Source: Terriglobia bacterium
Lineage (GTDB): Bacteria > Acidobacteriota > Terriglobia > Terriglobales > Acidobacteriaceae
Assembly: GCA_963758435.1 (NCBI GenBank)
Contig: CAVWVN010000010.1
Span: 3,227-67,226, forward strand
DNA length: 64,000 nt
Reading direction: 5' to 3'
Each line of letters opens with the position of its first letter. The first letter of the stretch is position 1. The notes under the pieces are model-generated. The model was not told the origin of the DNA and ran no database searches. It saw only the letters and a program-made list of their open reading frames with translations. Positions 55,202-64,000 of the stretch are shown here, piece after piece. Both the position numbers and the translations under genes were made by a program.

Positions 55202-55720
55202 TCAGCTCCGGCGCAAGGTGTACGCGGGAACTGGTGCGGGACGCCGGCCGCGTTGGATCAGCCAGATAATCAGGGCAACAATGCCGCCGAGAAAGAGGAA
55301 GGGCAGCAGGAAGATCAGAAAGATCCAGGCGCCTCCTCCTCCGATGGTTGTGACATCGCCGCCCACGGTGGCCTGTGGGTCGCGGCGCACGGCCCCGCCG
55401 ATTGCAGTCAGGTCGCCGGCCACCTGCGCACCGCTTTCCACCCGGGCGTTACCGCCGATGGCCGTGACGTCCCCCGAAATCGAGGCACCTGACTCCGCGA
55501 ATACGCTTCCGGCAATGGCGGTGACGTCGCCGGAGGACTGACCTCTGATGTGAATCGAGCAGGCGATACAGGTCACGTCGCCGACTCTTTCGCCCGACTC
55601 AATGCGAATGTCGTGATTGAACTGGGTGCGGTCAGAATCGGCGGCCGCCGCCTGAGAGCTGTAGGGCGCTGCCAAAATCGCAAGCATACAAAAGGCTGGG
55701 AGGGGAGAGAGCAAGGTCAT
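55202..55720 (-). CDS. membrane-anchored beta-helix repeat protein (bactofilin-like repeats; hypothetical)
   Basis: Signal peptide, repeated GDVTAIGG/GDLTAIGG units, and a C-terminal TM segment (WIFLIFLLPFLFLGGIVALIIWLI). Confidence 0.5.
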   Translation of the reverse strand: MTLLSPLPAFCMLAILAAPYSSQAAAADSDRTQFNHDIRIESGERVGDVTCIACSIHIRGQSSGDVTAIAGSVFAESGASISGDVTAIGGNARVESGAQVAGDLTAIGGAVRRDPQATVGGDVTTIGGGGAWIFLIFLLPFLFLGGIVALIIWLIQRGRRPAPVPAYTLRRS

Positions 55721-55785
55721 GAAGGTCTCCTGACAAACACTTGCGGACAGTATAAGCCGGTTTGGGTTTCGTGGAAATGAACCCG

Positions 55786-55941
55786 TGTGGGTGTGGGTCG
55801 GACACCCCTGTGTGGGTCGGACACTCCTGTCCGACGCCTTTGCCTTTGATGTGTTTGGTTCTTGCTTGCTCGGAACAGGGATGAGAGTTTTGGGGGCAGA
55901 GTCAAAGTCAAAGGCGTCGGACAAGAGTGTCCGACCCACAC
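55786..55941. repeat. REP family A inverted pair with a partly duplicated left arm
   Basis: GTGTGGGTGTGGGTCGGACACCCCTGTGTGGGTCGGACACTCCTGTCCGACGCCTTTG ... CAAAGGCGTCGGACAAGAGTGTCCGACCCACAC. Confidence 0.8.
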
Positions 55942-55948
55942 CTGCGCC

Positions 55949-56422
55949 TTAGTGTTTCGATTTCAGCGAGTAGTTTCTTACCACGCCGAAGCCGGTGACC
56001 CCGATGTGGACGATTGAAATCCAGCGTTCGATCTGGTGATGATTGGCGCGATGCATCCAGTAGGACAGTCCGACAGAGGTGAGCGTTGCCGCCGCTTCCA
56101 GGCCGGCAAACGCCGCCGAGTTGTTGACAACGTCATCGGGGATGAGGATTTCTTCGCGGCCGCGCGCCTGAAAATTGCGGGTGGAAGCATAGTCTAGTCC
56201 GCGGAAGACAGCGACCCCGGAGAAAAGCAGGACATTGGTGCGGTCCCAAAAGGCGTGGGGCGGAGTTTGAGAAGGAGCATCGGGCGCCGGGGCGGGCGCG
56301 GAGGCGGGCCTTCGATTTTGGAGCTGGGGTTGCTGGGCTTTGGCGGATGCGGCGCAGAGCAAGCAGATTGCAAAAAGGAATGCCCGGAAAGAGTTCCGGC
56401 CACGGAAGAAATTACGGGCCAT
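55949..56422 (-). CDS. membrane protein (hypothetical)
   Basis: The start MARNFFRGRNSFRAFLFAICLLCAASAKA (56422) lies just downstream of the REP-B copy at 56448-56492. Confidence 0.5.
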   Translation of the reverse strand: MARNFFRGRNSFRAFLFAICLLCAASAKAQQPQLQNRRPASAPAPAPDAPSQTPPHAFWDRTNVLLFSGVAVFRGLDYASTRNFQARGREEILIPDDVVNNSAAFAGLEAAATLTSVGLSYWMHRANHHQIERWISIVHIGVTGFGVVRNYSLKSKH

Positions 56423-56597
56423 TCGGGCATTGTAAAGGCAATTCCTTGCCGAGCTTTGCTCGGCCGGGCAGGTGGGACACCTGTCCCTACGTAACCAGCG
56501 GTGTCCGCGTGACTCGTGGACTGTCGCCATCCGGCAGCGAACCTTTATAATTGATCGTTTCGACCGACAATCGTTGACCATCAGGTAGGAGGGTTTA

Positions 56598-58025
56598 ATG
56601 GCGGCTTCCTATAACGGTGTGCCTGTGCCTGCAAATGGCGCCGGGATTCGCTACAGCAACGGGACCTACCAGGTCCCCGACAATCCCATTGTGCCTTTCA
56701 TCGAAGGCGACGGCACGGGACGCGATATCTGGAAGGCTTCGGTGCGGGTGTTCGATGCGGCCGTGGAGAAGGCCTACAAGGGCAAGCGCCGCATCGCCTG
56801 GTACGAAGTGTTTGCCGGCGAGAAGGCAATGGCGAAATTCAATAGCTGGTTGCCGGATGACAGCGTCGCGGCCATCCGCGAGTTCCGCGTGGCCATCAAG
56901 GGCCCGCTGACTACTCCGGTGGGTGGCGGCATCCGGTCGCTGAACGTGGCCCTGCGGCAGATTCTTGATCTCTATTGTTGCGTGCGCCCGGTGAAGTATT
57001 ACAAAGGCGTGCCCTCGCCGGTGAAGCATCCCGAACGCATGGATGTCGTCATCTACCGCGAAAATACGGAAGACGTTTATGCCGGCATCGAGTGGGAGCA
57101 GGGAACGCCGGAGGCGGCGCGGCTGATCGAATTCCTCAACAAAGACATGCTGAAAGGCGGCAAGAAGCAGGTGCGTCTCGATTCCGGCGTAGGCATCAAG
57201 CCCATTTCAATTGCCGGGACCAAGCGCCTGGTGCGCATGGCCATCAAGTTTGCCCTACAGAACGCGCGCAAGAGTGTGACCCTGGTGCACAAAGGCAATA
57301 TCCAGAAGTTTACCGAGGGCGCCTTCCGCAAATGGGGTTACGAACTGGCCACCGAAGAGTTTCGCGACCAGGTCATTACCGAACGCGAGAGCTGGATTCT
57401 CGACAACAAAGATAGAAACCCCAACCTCTCGATCGAGCAGAACGCGGCTCTGGTCGAACCCGGCATGGAGTTTGGCACGGAAGACTTCCGGCAGTCGGTT
57501 TACAAGGAAGTGAAGCAGGTCCTGGATTCGATCTATGCCACACATGGCAAGGGCGCCTGGAAAAAGAAACTCATGATCAACGACCGGATTGCCGATTCTA
57601 TCTTCCAGCAGGTAGTGACCCGGGCGGACGAGTATTCCGTGCTGGCCTGCCCCAATCTGAACGGCGACTACATCTCCGACGCGTGCGCCGCTCAGGTAGG
57701 TGGGTTGGGCATCGCGCCCGGCGCCAATATCGGCGACGGCTTCGCCTGTTTCGAGGCCACCCACGGGACTGCCCCCAAGTATGCGGACAAAGATATCATC
57801 AATCCCGGTTCGGTGATTCTTTCCGGAGTCATGATGCTGCGCTTCCTGGGATGGAATGAAGCCGCCGACCTGGTGGAACATGGACTGGAGCGCACCATCG
57901 AACAGAAGAAAGTTACCTATGACTTTGAACGGCTGATGGAAGGTGCCACCAAGGTCAAAACCAGCGAGTTCGCCAATTACATCATCGAGAACATGGGCGC
58001 GGGTGTTCTGACCGCGGCCGATTGA
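56598..58025 (+). CDS. icd: NADP-dependent isocitrate dehydrogenase
   Basis: AGGAGG RBS. 475 aa with [22 protein letters not shown] and NLNGDYISD motifs. Confidence 0.95.
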   Translation: MAASYNGVPVPANGAGIRYSNGTYQVPDNPIVPFIEGDGTGRDIWKASVRVFDAAVEKAYKGKRRIAWYEVFAGEKAMAKFNSWLPDDSVAAIREFRVAIKGPLTTPVGGGIRSLNVALRQILDLYCCVRPVKYYKGVPSPVKHPERMDVVIYRENTEDVYAGIEWEQGTPEAARLIEFLNKDMLKGGKKQVRLDSGVGIKPISIAGTKRLVRMAIKFALQNARKSVTLVHKGNIQKFTEGAFRKWGYELATEEFRDQVITERESWILDNKDRNPNLSIEQNAALVEPGMEFGTEDFRQSVYKEVKQVLDSIYATHGKGAWKKKLMINDRIADSIFQQVVTRADEYSVLACPNLNGDYISDACAAQVGGLGIAPGANIGDGFACFEATHGTAPKYADKDIINPGSVILSGVMMLRFLGWNEAADLVEHGLERTIEQKKVTYDFERLMEGATKVKTSEFANYIIENMGAGVLTAAD

Positions 58026-58030
58026 TTCCT

Positions 58031-58109
58031 AACCACCGAGGACGCGGAGGACACCGAGGAAGCTTGGGGTTTTGGTTTTGTCTCTGTGTCCTCCGTGTCC
58101 TCCGTGGTT
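58031..58109. terminator. long hairpin built from GGAGGACAC-type 9-nt units between icd and mdh
   Basis: AACCACCGAGGACGCGGAGGACACCGAGGA versus TCTCTGTGTCCTCCGTGTCCTCCGTGGTT (about 26/30 pairing). Confidence 0.55.
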
Positions 58110-58132
58110 AACCAGGTTTAGAAAGGGCATTC

Positions 58133-59059
58133 ATGCGAAAGAAAGTGACAATTGTTGGTTCGGGCAACGTAGGCGCAACCGCGGCTCACTGGATCGCGGC
58201 CAAGGAACTGGCGGACGTGGTGCTGATCGACATCATCGAAGGCGTGCCGCAGGGCAAGGGATTGGACTTGCTCGAAGCCATGCCGATCGAGAAGCGCGAT
58301 TCGTACGTGCTGGGCACGCAGGATTACGCCGATACCGCGAATTCTGACGTTGTCGTGATCACCGCCGGCATCCCGCGCAAGCCCGGCATGAGCCGCGACG
58401 ATCTGCTCAATACCAACCACAAGATCATGAAAGACGTTGTGGGCAAGGTGGTGCAGCACTCGCCCAACTGCATTCTGATTATCGTCTCGAATCCCCTGGA
58501 TGCCATGGCCCAGGCGGCCTACAAGATGGCCGGTTTCCCGCGGGAGCGAGTCATCGGCATGGCTGGCGTGCTCGACTCGGCGCGCTTCCGAACGTTTATC
58601 GCGCAGGAACTAAAAGTCAGCGTGGAGAACGTGACCGCATTCGTGCTGGGCGGACACGGCGACACCATGGTCCCTTTGCCGCGCTACTCGACGGTCGCGG
58701 GAATTCCGATTACCGAGTTAATGGATGCGGCCACCGTGGAGCGCCTGGTGCAGCGCACCCGTGACGGCGGAGCGGAAATTGTGAAGTATCTGAAGACCGG
58801 GTCGGCCTTCTACGCTCCGTCGGCGGCCGCGACTGAGATGGTCGAGGCGATCATCAAAGACAAGAAAAAGATTTTGCCTTGTGCCGCTTATCTTCAAGGC
58901 GAATACGGGATCAACGGACTGTATGTCGGTGTGCCCTGCAAACTGGGCGCAAAGGGCCTGGAGCAGATCATCGAAATCAAACTCACTCCCGAAGAGAAGG
59001 TGGCCCTGGACAAGAGCGCGGCCGCGGTGAAGGAGTTGGTAGCCGTGATCGGGGTTTGA
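58133..59059 (+). CDS. mdh: malate dehydrogenase (LDH-like family)
   Basis: [13 protein letters not shown], the [16 protein letters not shown] substrate loop, and GGHGDTMVP. Confidence 0.95.
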   Translation: MRKKVTIVGSGNVGATAAHWIAAKELADVVLIDIIEGVPQGKGLDLLEAMPIEKRDSYVLGTQDYADTANSDVVVITAGIPRKPGMSRDDLLNTNHKIMKDVVGKVVQHSPNCILIIVSNPLDAMAQAAYKMAGFPRERVIGMAGVLDSARFRTFIAQELKVSVENVTAFVLGGHGDTMVPLPRYSTVAGIPITELMDAATVERLVQRTRDGGAEIVKYLKTGSAFYAPSAAATEMVEAIIKDKKKILPCAAYLQGEYGINGLYVGVPCKLGAKGLEQIIEIKLTPEEKVALDKSAAAVKELVAVIGV

Positions 59060-59118
59060 ATTGGGTCTTTGGGTGGTGGCGGTTTTCGGGTGCAATCCGT
59101 CACTTGGAGGAGTGACCG

Positions 59119-59616
59119 ATGCGCAGGATCATCCTGGTTGCAATGATTGTTTTCAGTCTTGCGGTGATCTTTCTCACATTTGCGAAGCACACTCAGCATC
59201 AGTTGGAATTAAAGACTTACTTTCGGGATGCTCACGGTTTGAGGGTAGGGGCGCCGGTGCAGATGGCCGGAGTTGACGTCGGTCGGGTAATCGAAGTCCG
59301 CGTCCGACCCGACTTAAAACAACATCCCGCTGAGGTTGTCCTACTCTTTCAAACTCCGTATAAACTGGAGATCCCTGCAGATTCAGTTGTGTTTTTGAGC
59401 CGTGCCGGATTGCTGGGCGAGACCTACGCCGCCGTCGACATTCACTCTGCTGCGGGGCCGCCCGTCGGAAACCTAGGGGTTTTGAAAGCCCGGGAAGAAG
59501 AAGCCCCGCGGGCCGAAGAAGAGAGCCCGGAGAATCCTGAAGTCACCAAACCGGCCAAGCCGGATCCCGCCCTCTCCCCACCGAATCATCCCAGTAAGGT
59601 TGACCATGGTCATTGA
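59119..59616 (+). CDS. MlaD/MCE-domain protein
   Basis: N-terminal TM segment, then YFRDAHGLRVGAPVQMAGVDVGRV. Confidence 0.7.
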   Translation: MRRIILVAMIVFSLAVIFLTFAKHTQHQLELKTYFRDAHGLRVGAPVQMAGVDVGRVIEVRVRPDLKQHPAEVVLLFQTPYKLEIPADSVVFLSRAGLLGETYAAVDIHSAAGPPVGNLGVLKAREEEAPRAEEESPENPEVTKPAKPDPALSPPNHPSKVDHGH

Positions 59617-59628
59617 CCATGGTATAAA
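59600..59628 (+). promoter_or_regulatory. candidate phd-vapC promoter/operator: -35 TTGACC, 17-nt spacer, -10 TATAAA, overlapping tandem TTGACCATGGT repeats
   Basis: TTGACCATGGT at 59600-59610 and 59613-59623. The first is part of the perfect palindrome TGACCATGGTCA (59601-59612). ATG at 59639. Confidence 0.45.
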
Positions 59629-59638
59629 TTAAAACAGA

Positions 59639-59881
59639 ATGAAGGAAGTCGCCATCTCGGAGTTCAAAGCCAAGTGTCTGGGCATGCTGGAAGAGGTGCG
59701 CAAAACCGGCAAACCGATTCGTGTAACCCGCTTTGGCAAACCCGTTGCTGAAGTGGTGCCTCCTTCTCCTCAACCCCGCCCCAAAAGCTGGCTGGGATGC
59801 ATGGCTGGAAGCATAGAAATCGTGGGCGACATTGTCGGCCCTACCGGCAGTTTTGATGACTGGGAAGCGTTTCGGGAATGA
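59639..59881 (+). CDS. Phd/YefM-type antitoxin
   Basis: MKEVAISEFKAKCLGMLEEVRKTGKPIRVTRFGKPVAEVVP. A 4-nt ATGA overlap with the toxin gene. Confidence 0.85.
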   Translation: MKEVAISEFKAKCLGMLEEVRKTGKPIRVTRFGKPVAEVVPPSPQPRPKSWLGCMAGSIEIVGDIVGPTGSFDDWEAFRE

Positions 59882-60270
59882 AACTTCTCTTAGACACTCA
59901 CATCTGGATTTGGAGTGTCGGCGACCCCCAGCGGTTGAGTCGCCGCGTCGCGAAGGCATTGGAAGACGTTCAGAACCAACTCTGGTTGTCTCCCGTCAGC
60001 ATCTGGGAAGCGCTGCTCCTCCATCGCAAAGGGCGCCTCAAAGTACCTGAGGGTTTTTCAACCTGGGTGACGCGCGCTCTAACTACGATGCCACTCACCG
60101 AGGCCCCCTTTAACTTTGAGGTTGCCGCCGCGCTGACAGAGGTCAGTTTGCCGCATGCTGATCCCGCTGACCACTTCCTGGCTGCGTCTGCGAAAGCTTT
60201 CGGCCTCACGCTCATTACGTCCGACCGCAATCTGATCCGCACCAGGGAAATTTCTGTAATGGAAAATTGA
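59878..60270 (+). CDS. vapC: VapC-type PIN-domain toxin
   Basis: MKLLLDTHIWIW...ADHFLAASA...LITSDRNL acidic PIN residues. Confidence 0.85.
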   Translation: MKLLLDTHIWIWSVGDPQRLSRRVAKALEDVQNQLWLSPVSIWEALLLHRKGRLKVPEGFSTWVTRALTTMPLTEAPFNFEVAAALTEVSLPHADPADHFLAASAKAFGLTLITSDRNLIRTREISVMEN

Positions 60271-60274
60271 CGGA

Positions 60275-60802
60275 CTACACCCTCTCAATCACCACCGACT
60301 TCACCGCCGCATCCTTCAGCGGCTTGTCCTGGCGGTTGCGCGGGGTGGCGACGATTTTCTCCGCCACCTCGTAGCCCTCCACTACTTCTCCAAAAATTGT
60401 GTGCTTGCCTGTGAGCCATTGCGTGGGTGCAATGGTGATGAAGAACTGCGAGCCATTGGTGTTGGGGCCGGAGTTCGCCATGGCCAGCTTGCCCGGCTTG
60501 TCGAACTTGTGCGGGGAGCCCTTGGTTTCGTCCTCAAACTGGTAGCCGGGGCCGCCGAATCCGGTTCCGGCTGGGTCGCCACCCTGGATCATGAAGTCGG
60601 GAATCACGCGGTGGAAAATGGTGCCGTCATAAAGGCGGTCTTTGCTCTTCTTGCGGCTGACGGGGTGGGTCCACTCGCGTTTGCCTTCGGCGAGTTCGGT
60701 GAAGTTGGCTACGGTTTTGGGCGCCTCTTTTTCGAAGAGGCGGCAGACGATGGTGCCTTCACTGGTATCGAAGATGGCGTAGGTACCGGGTTGACGTGAC
60801 AT
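60275..60802 (-). CDS. ppiB: cytoplasmic cyclophilin-type peptidyl-prolyl isomerase
   Basis: [15 protein letters not shown] and [15 protein letters not shown] motifs. Confidence 0.9.
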   Translation of the reverse strand: MSRQPGTYAIFDTSEGTIVCRLFEKEAPKTVANFTELAEGKREWTHPVSRKKSKDRLYDGTIFHRVIPDFMIQGGDPAGTGFGGPGYQFEDETKGSPHKFDKPGKLAMANSGPNTNGSQFFITIAPTQWLTGKHTIFGEVVEGYEVAEKIVATPRNRQDKPLKDAAVKSVVIERV

Positions 60803-60822
60803 GAGGTCCTTTCATTTCAGAA

Positions 60823-60847
60823 TTGCGAGGGCAAGCTGCCCTCGCAA
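60823..60847. terminator. 11-bp perfect hairpin between the two PPIase genes
   Basis: TTGCGAGGGCA-AGC-TGCCCTCGCAA. The U-tract on the minus strand is weak. Confidence 0.4.
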
Positions 60848-60886
60848 CAGCCGGAGCCTGCCCTGAGCGAAGTCGAAGGGCCGGCG

Positions 60887-61642
60887 CTACTTTGGAGCGG
60901 TTGCGGGTGCGGCCGGTTTCTTGACTGCAGGCTTGGCCGCGGTCGACGCCGGTTTGGGCGCGACTGGCTTTGCCGCTGGAGCAGCGCCGCCCTTTGTGAT
61001 GACGATGTGAGTGATCTTGACCGGGCGATAGGGCCGGTCGTTGGCATCGCGACCCATGCTGGCAATCTGCTTGACCAGGGCGACGCTGGCTTCGTCACAT
61101 TGACCGAACAGGGTGTATCCGCCGTTCAAACTAGGGTACGGGACCTCGGTTATGAAGAACTGGGAGCCGTTGGTGCCGGGGCCGGCATTGGCATAGGCCA
61201 GCCGTCCGGGGCGGTCGAACTTCACGGTGGGAGAAGTCTCGTTCTTGAATTCAAAACCAACGTCGCCGCTGCCGCTGCCGGCGGGATCTCCACCCTGAAT
61301 CATGAAATCAGGAATCACGCGGTGGAAAATAGTCCCATCATAGAGCGGGACGCCGTGTTTTTTGGCATGAGAAATGGGATTGGTCCAGTCTTTGGTGCCC
61401 TGGGCCAGGCCGATAAAATTGGCGACCCCGATGGGAGCGACGTCGGGAAACAGGGTGCAGGTCAGCTTGCCGGCGGTGGTCTCGATGATGGCGGTAGGAC
61501 GGGCGGGCGTGGCGGCTACCGGTTTGGCAGCAGCAGCGGCTGGCGTCTTCGCGGGCGCGGCCTTGTGCGCGGGCGCGGTCTGCGACCATCCTGCCGAACA
61601 CGCCGCCGCAATCAGCAAACAAATTGAGAAACACTTTCTCAT
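60887..61642 (-). CDS. ppiA: secreted cyclophilin-type peptidyl-prolyl isomerase with an Ala/Pro/Lys-rich C-terminal tail
   Basis: Signal peptide MRKCFSICLLIAAACSAGWSQ, the [15 protein letters not shown] motif, and the tail AAPAAKPVAPKPASTAAKPAVKKPAAPATAPK. Confidence 0.85.
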   Translation of the reverse strand: MRKCFSICLLIAAACSAGWSQTAPAHKAAPAKTPAAAAAKPVAATPARPTAIIETTAGKLTCTLFPDVAPIGVANFIGLAQGTKDWTNPISHAKKHGVPLYDGTIFHRVIPDFMIQGGDPAGSGSGDVGFEFKNETSPTVKFDRPGRLAYANAGPGTNGSQFFITEVPYPSLNGGYTLFGQCDEASVALVKQIASMGRDANDRPYRPVKITHIVITKGGAAPAAKPVAPKPASTAAKPAVKKPAAPATAPK

Positions 61643-61751
61643 GGACGCTCCTGAGCGCCGGGTCTTGCCCGGCCGGACGGGTGAGGGCACCCATCCCTAC
61701 GTGGTTTATGGTGACTGCGAAATATGATTCTATCCTAGAGTTCCCAAAATA

Positions 61752-62999
61752 CTATTTACTGGTCGAGGTCTGAGCGGACCCGGCCTGCATCTCGCGGCTT
61801 ACCCGCTCCACCTCGCCGAAAACGCGTAGCAGGTTTCCGCCGAGAATCTTGTGGATGTCTTTTTCGCTGTAGCCTCGATCCAGCAGGGCCTGGGTGATCT
61901 TAGGCAGGTCGGCGGCGGAATCGATGCCCTCAGGCAAAGCGCCACTTACGCCGTCAAAGTCCGACCCCAGCCCCACATGATCGACTCCGGCAACCTTGGC
62001 GATGTGGTCGATGTGATCGATCAGGCTTTTTAGCGGAGGGCGTGGAATTTTGGCAGCCCATTCGCGCTCGACCTGGTCTTTGTCCAGATAGGTGACGGGT
62101 TTGTCTGCCGCCTTTAACTCTGCAACCCGTGCCTCCACCGCAGCGTCAGCGTCCTTCTTCTGGGCCTCAGCGGCCTTGCGGTAATTTTCGTCGATGAAGG
62201 CGGAATAGAAGTTGGTTTGCACCACTCCGCCGTTTTTCGCTACCGCACGCAGCATGTCATCGGTCATGTTGCGGGGATGGTTGGTCAAGGAGCGCGCCGC
62301 AGAGTGGGACGCTATCACCGGTGCCCGGCTGGTCGCAATAGCGTCAAAGAAAGTCTTGTCTGCGACGTGGGAAATGTCCACCATCATGCCCATGCGGTTC
62401 ATCTCGAGAACCACCTGCTTGCCGAAATCCGTCAGACCGTTGTGGTGCTGGATTTTGGGATCGTCGATATCGCCCGAAGAGTCGGCCCATTCATTCGTGT
62501 TGGACCAACTCAAAGTCATGTAACGCACGCCCAGGCGGTAATAGTCGCGCAGCAGGCGAATATCGTTTTCGATGGAGTGGCCACCTTCGATTCCCATCAG
62601 CGCAGCCAGCTTCTTCTGTTTGTGGGCGCGCTCGATATCAGCGACCGAAAAGGCCATCATCATGCGGTCAGGATGGCGCGCCGCCTGCTCGTAAACCGAA
62701 TCGATCATGTCGAAGGTGGACTTGGCGAAATGTCCGCTGGTGGTTTCAGGATCGGCCCAGATGGAAAAGAATTCCGCGCCCAGGTTGCCGGTGCGGGCTT
62801 TGTCCAGGCTGATGTGGCCGATGTCCTTTGGGTCGGAGTTGCCGATATCGAAGTTCTCGTAAAGAAATCGTTGCGGGGTATCGGCGTGGGTATCCACGAT
62901 AATGGCGGAGTTGTGGATGGCGCGGGCCTGGGGAGTAATAGTTTGTGCGGCCAGGGATGCAGACAGCAGCAGGAACAGCGAAGACCTGAAAATATTCAT
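61752..62999 (-). CDS. membrane dipeptidase (peptidase M19 family), signal peptide
   Basis: IVDTHADTP, GIEGGH, DISHV and LGSDFDG motifs. Confidence 0.9.
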   Translation of the reverse strand: MNIFRSSLFLLLSASLAAQTITPQARAIHNSAIIVDTHADTPQRFLYENFDIGNSDPKDIGHISLDKARTGNLGAEFFSIWADPETTSGHFAKSTFDMIDSVYEQAARHPDRMMMAFSVADIERAHKQKKLAALMGIEGGHSIENDIRLLRDYYRLGVRYMTLSWSNTNEWADSSGDIDDPKIQHHNGLTDFGKQVVLEMNRMGMMVDISHVADKTFFDAIATSRAPVIASHSAARSLTNHPRNMTDDMLRAVAKNGGVVQTNFYSAFIDENYRKAAEAQKKDADAAVEARVAELKAADKPVTYLDKDQVEREWAAKIPRPPLKSLIDHIDHIAKVAGVDHVGLGSDFDGVSGALPEGIDSAADLPKITQALLDRGYSEKDIHKILGGNLLRVFGEVERVSREMQAGSAQTSTSK

Positions 63000-63107
63000 G
63001 GGGTTTTAGGATGTGCGACCAAGGATTTTATACGTTCGAGAAGTGGGGCGTAAGAGCTTTGTACGGCGAAGTTTTCCGCGCGCCAAAACACACGCGAAGG
63101 GCCGTCG

Positions 63108-63911
63108 TTACTCCGCCCTTTCCGATACCCAGCGCGAGACCGCGGTCGCCATTTTGCGGGGTGAGAAACGCACCGATTCGGCAACCAGCCAGTTGCGGAA
63201 TCCTGGAATCACCATGGTCCTTCCTTTGAGCAATCCCTGATAGCCGGCGCGAGCCACGGTCTTCGCCTCCATAGGGCGAAGTTTCTTGAACAGGCGTGAC
63301 TGGTCGTTCCCGGCCCGGCCGGCAAACCCGGTCTCGGTCGCTCCCGGACAAAGGCAAGTCACCGAAATGCCCTTGCCGGCCAACTCGTTGGCCAGCGCCT
63401 CCGAAAACGAGATCACGTACGCCTTGGTCGCGTAGTACACCGCCATCAAGGGGCCGGGCTGAAATCCCGCGGTCGACGCCACATTCATGATCTTGCCTGA
63501 GCCGCGCTCCAGCATCGACCCCAGAAAGAGCTTGGTGAGACACGTAAGCGCGGTGATGTTAAGTTGGATCTGCCCCAGGCTTTCCTCTAGGGGCTCATCG
63601 GCGAATTCTCCCAACTTGCCATAGCCGGCGTTGTTGACCAGAATATCGACGTTAACCCCGTCGTGCCCTAGTTCCTCGAACAGAAACTGGGGGGCAGTTG
63701 GGGCCGCGAGATCGAGGGCCACTGTCCTGACCGTGATGCCGAACTGGCGCTGGAGTTCGTTCCCCACCTGCTCCAGCCTGGGTCCATTGCGGGCCACCAG
63801 AACCAGATTGTGATGGTCTTTGGCGAACAGCTTGGCCAGTTCGTATCCGATGCCGCCGGAAGCGCCGGTGATCAACGCGGTGAGTGCGCTCTGATTCACA
63901 ACATTCCCCAA
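63108..63911 (-). CDS. SDR family oxidoreductase
   Basis: ITGASGGIGYE cofactor motif, NNAG, and the YYATKAYV catalytic pattern. Confidence 0.9.
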   Translation of the reverse strand: MGNVVNQSALTALITGASGGIGYELAKLFAKDHHNLVLVARNGPRLEQVGNELQRQFGITVRTVALDLAAPTAPQFLFEELGHDGVNVDILVNNAGYGKLGEFADEPLEESLGQIQLNITALTCLTKLFLGSMLERGSGKIMNVASTAGFQPGPLMAVYYATKAYVISFSEALANELAGKGISVTCLCPGATETGFAGRAGNDQSRLFKKLRPMEAKTVARAGYQGLLKGRTMVIPGFRNWLVAESVRFSPRKMATAVSRWVSERAE

Positions 63912-64000
63912 AAAGGGTTTGTCATCCGGAACCGGGTTCAGGCCATGATGTGCCAGGCGTGAATGCCGAACGGGCAGGGGATGGATTTAGAAAAACGGCA

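Noticed and set aside
55717-55941. Short ORFs encoding recurrent peptides such as WVGHSCPTPLTLTL or ...LSDAF... (for example 30616..30900, 46829..47032, 46869..47087, 55717..55941), considered as a possible small-protein family.
   Set aside because: The conserved 'peptides' are translations of REP-A/REP-E palindromes in different frames and orientations. Conservation is at the DNA-hairpin level.

Overview
High-GC bacterial chromosome segment. Gene content and repeat families look Acidobacteria-like; that is an inference, with no search run. All coordinates were hand-counted and may be off by a few nt.

Main result: a tRNA-Ser(CGA) gene on the minus strand is split in its anticodon loop. Its 5' half is at 23051-23090 and its 3' half at 2201-2262. 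The two halves are separated by about 20.8 kb and share a 12-bp direct repeat, CCGCCTCGAAAG. Joined by hand they fold into a complete 90-nt cloverleaf. The intervening DNA (2263-23050) is an integrase-bearing genomic island.

The island does not rebuild the tRNA at either junction. Instead it carries its own intact, divergent tRNA-Ser(CGA) just downstream of the integrase. It also holds several decayed tRNA-Asp-like half-sites, many truncated or frameshifted genes, and a cargo of multicopper oxidase, MBL hydrolase, Ser/Thr kinase-TolB, CadC-like regulator, VOC and cupin proteins. It lacks the palindromic repeat families that litter the rest of the window.

The remaining roughly 41 kb is core-like:
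- Start of window and just right of the island: metH (window start), tadA, an ArnT-like glycosyltransferase and an rhlE-like helicase.
- An IS481-family element.
- A polyamine cluster (pdaD, aguA, aguB, deoxyhypusine-synthase-like).
- Nitrogen genes glnA and glnE with a LysR regulator.
- icd, mdh, a phd/vapC pair, two cyclophilins and a dipeptidase.

This part is dense in at least six REP-like or MITE-like families and in unusual long hairpins built from tandem 7-9-nt units. One REP copy sits in frame inside aguA.

No CRISPR array, rRNA gene or recognisable defence system was seen.
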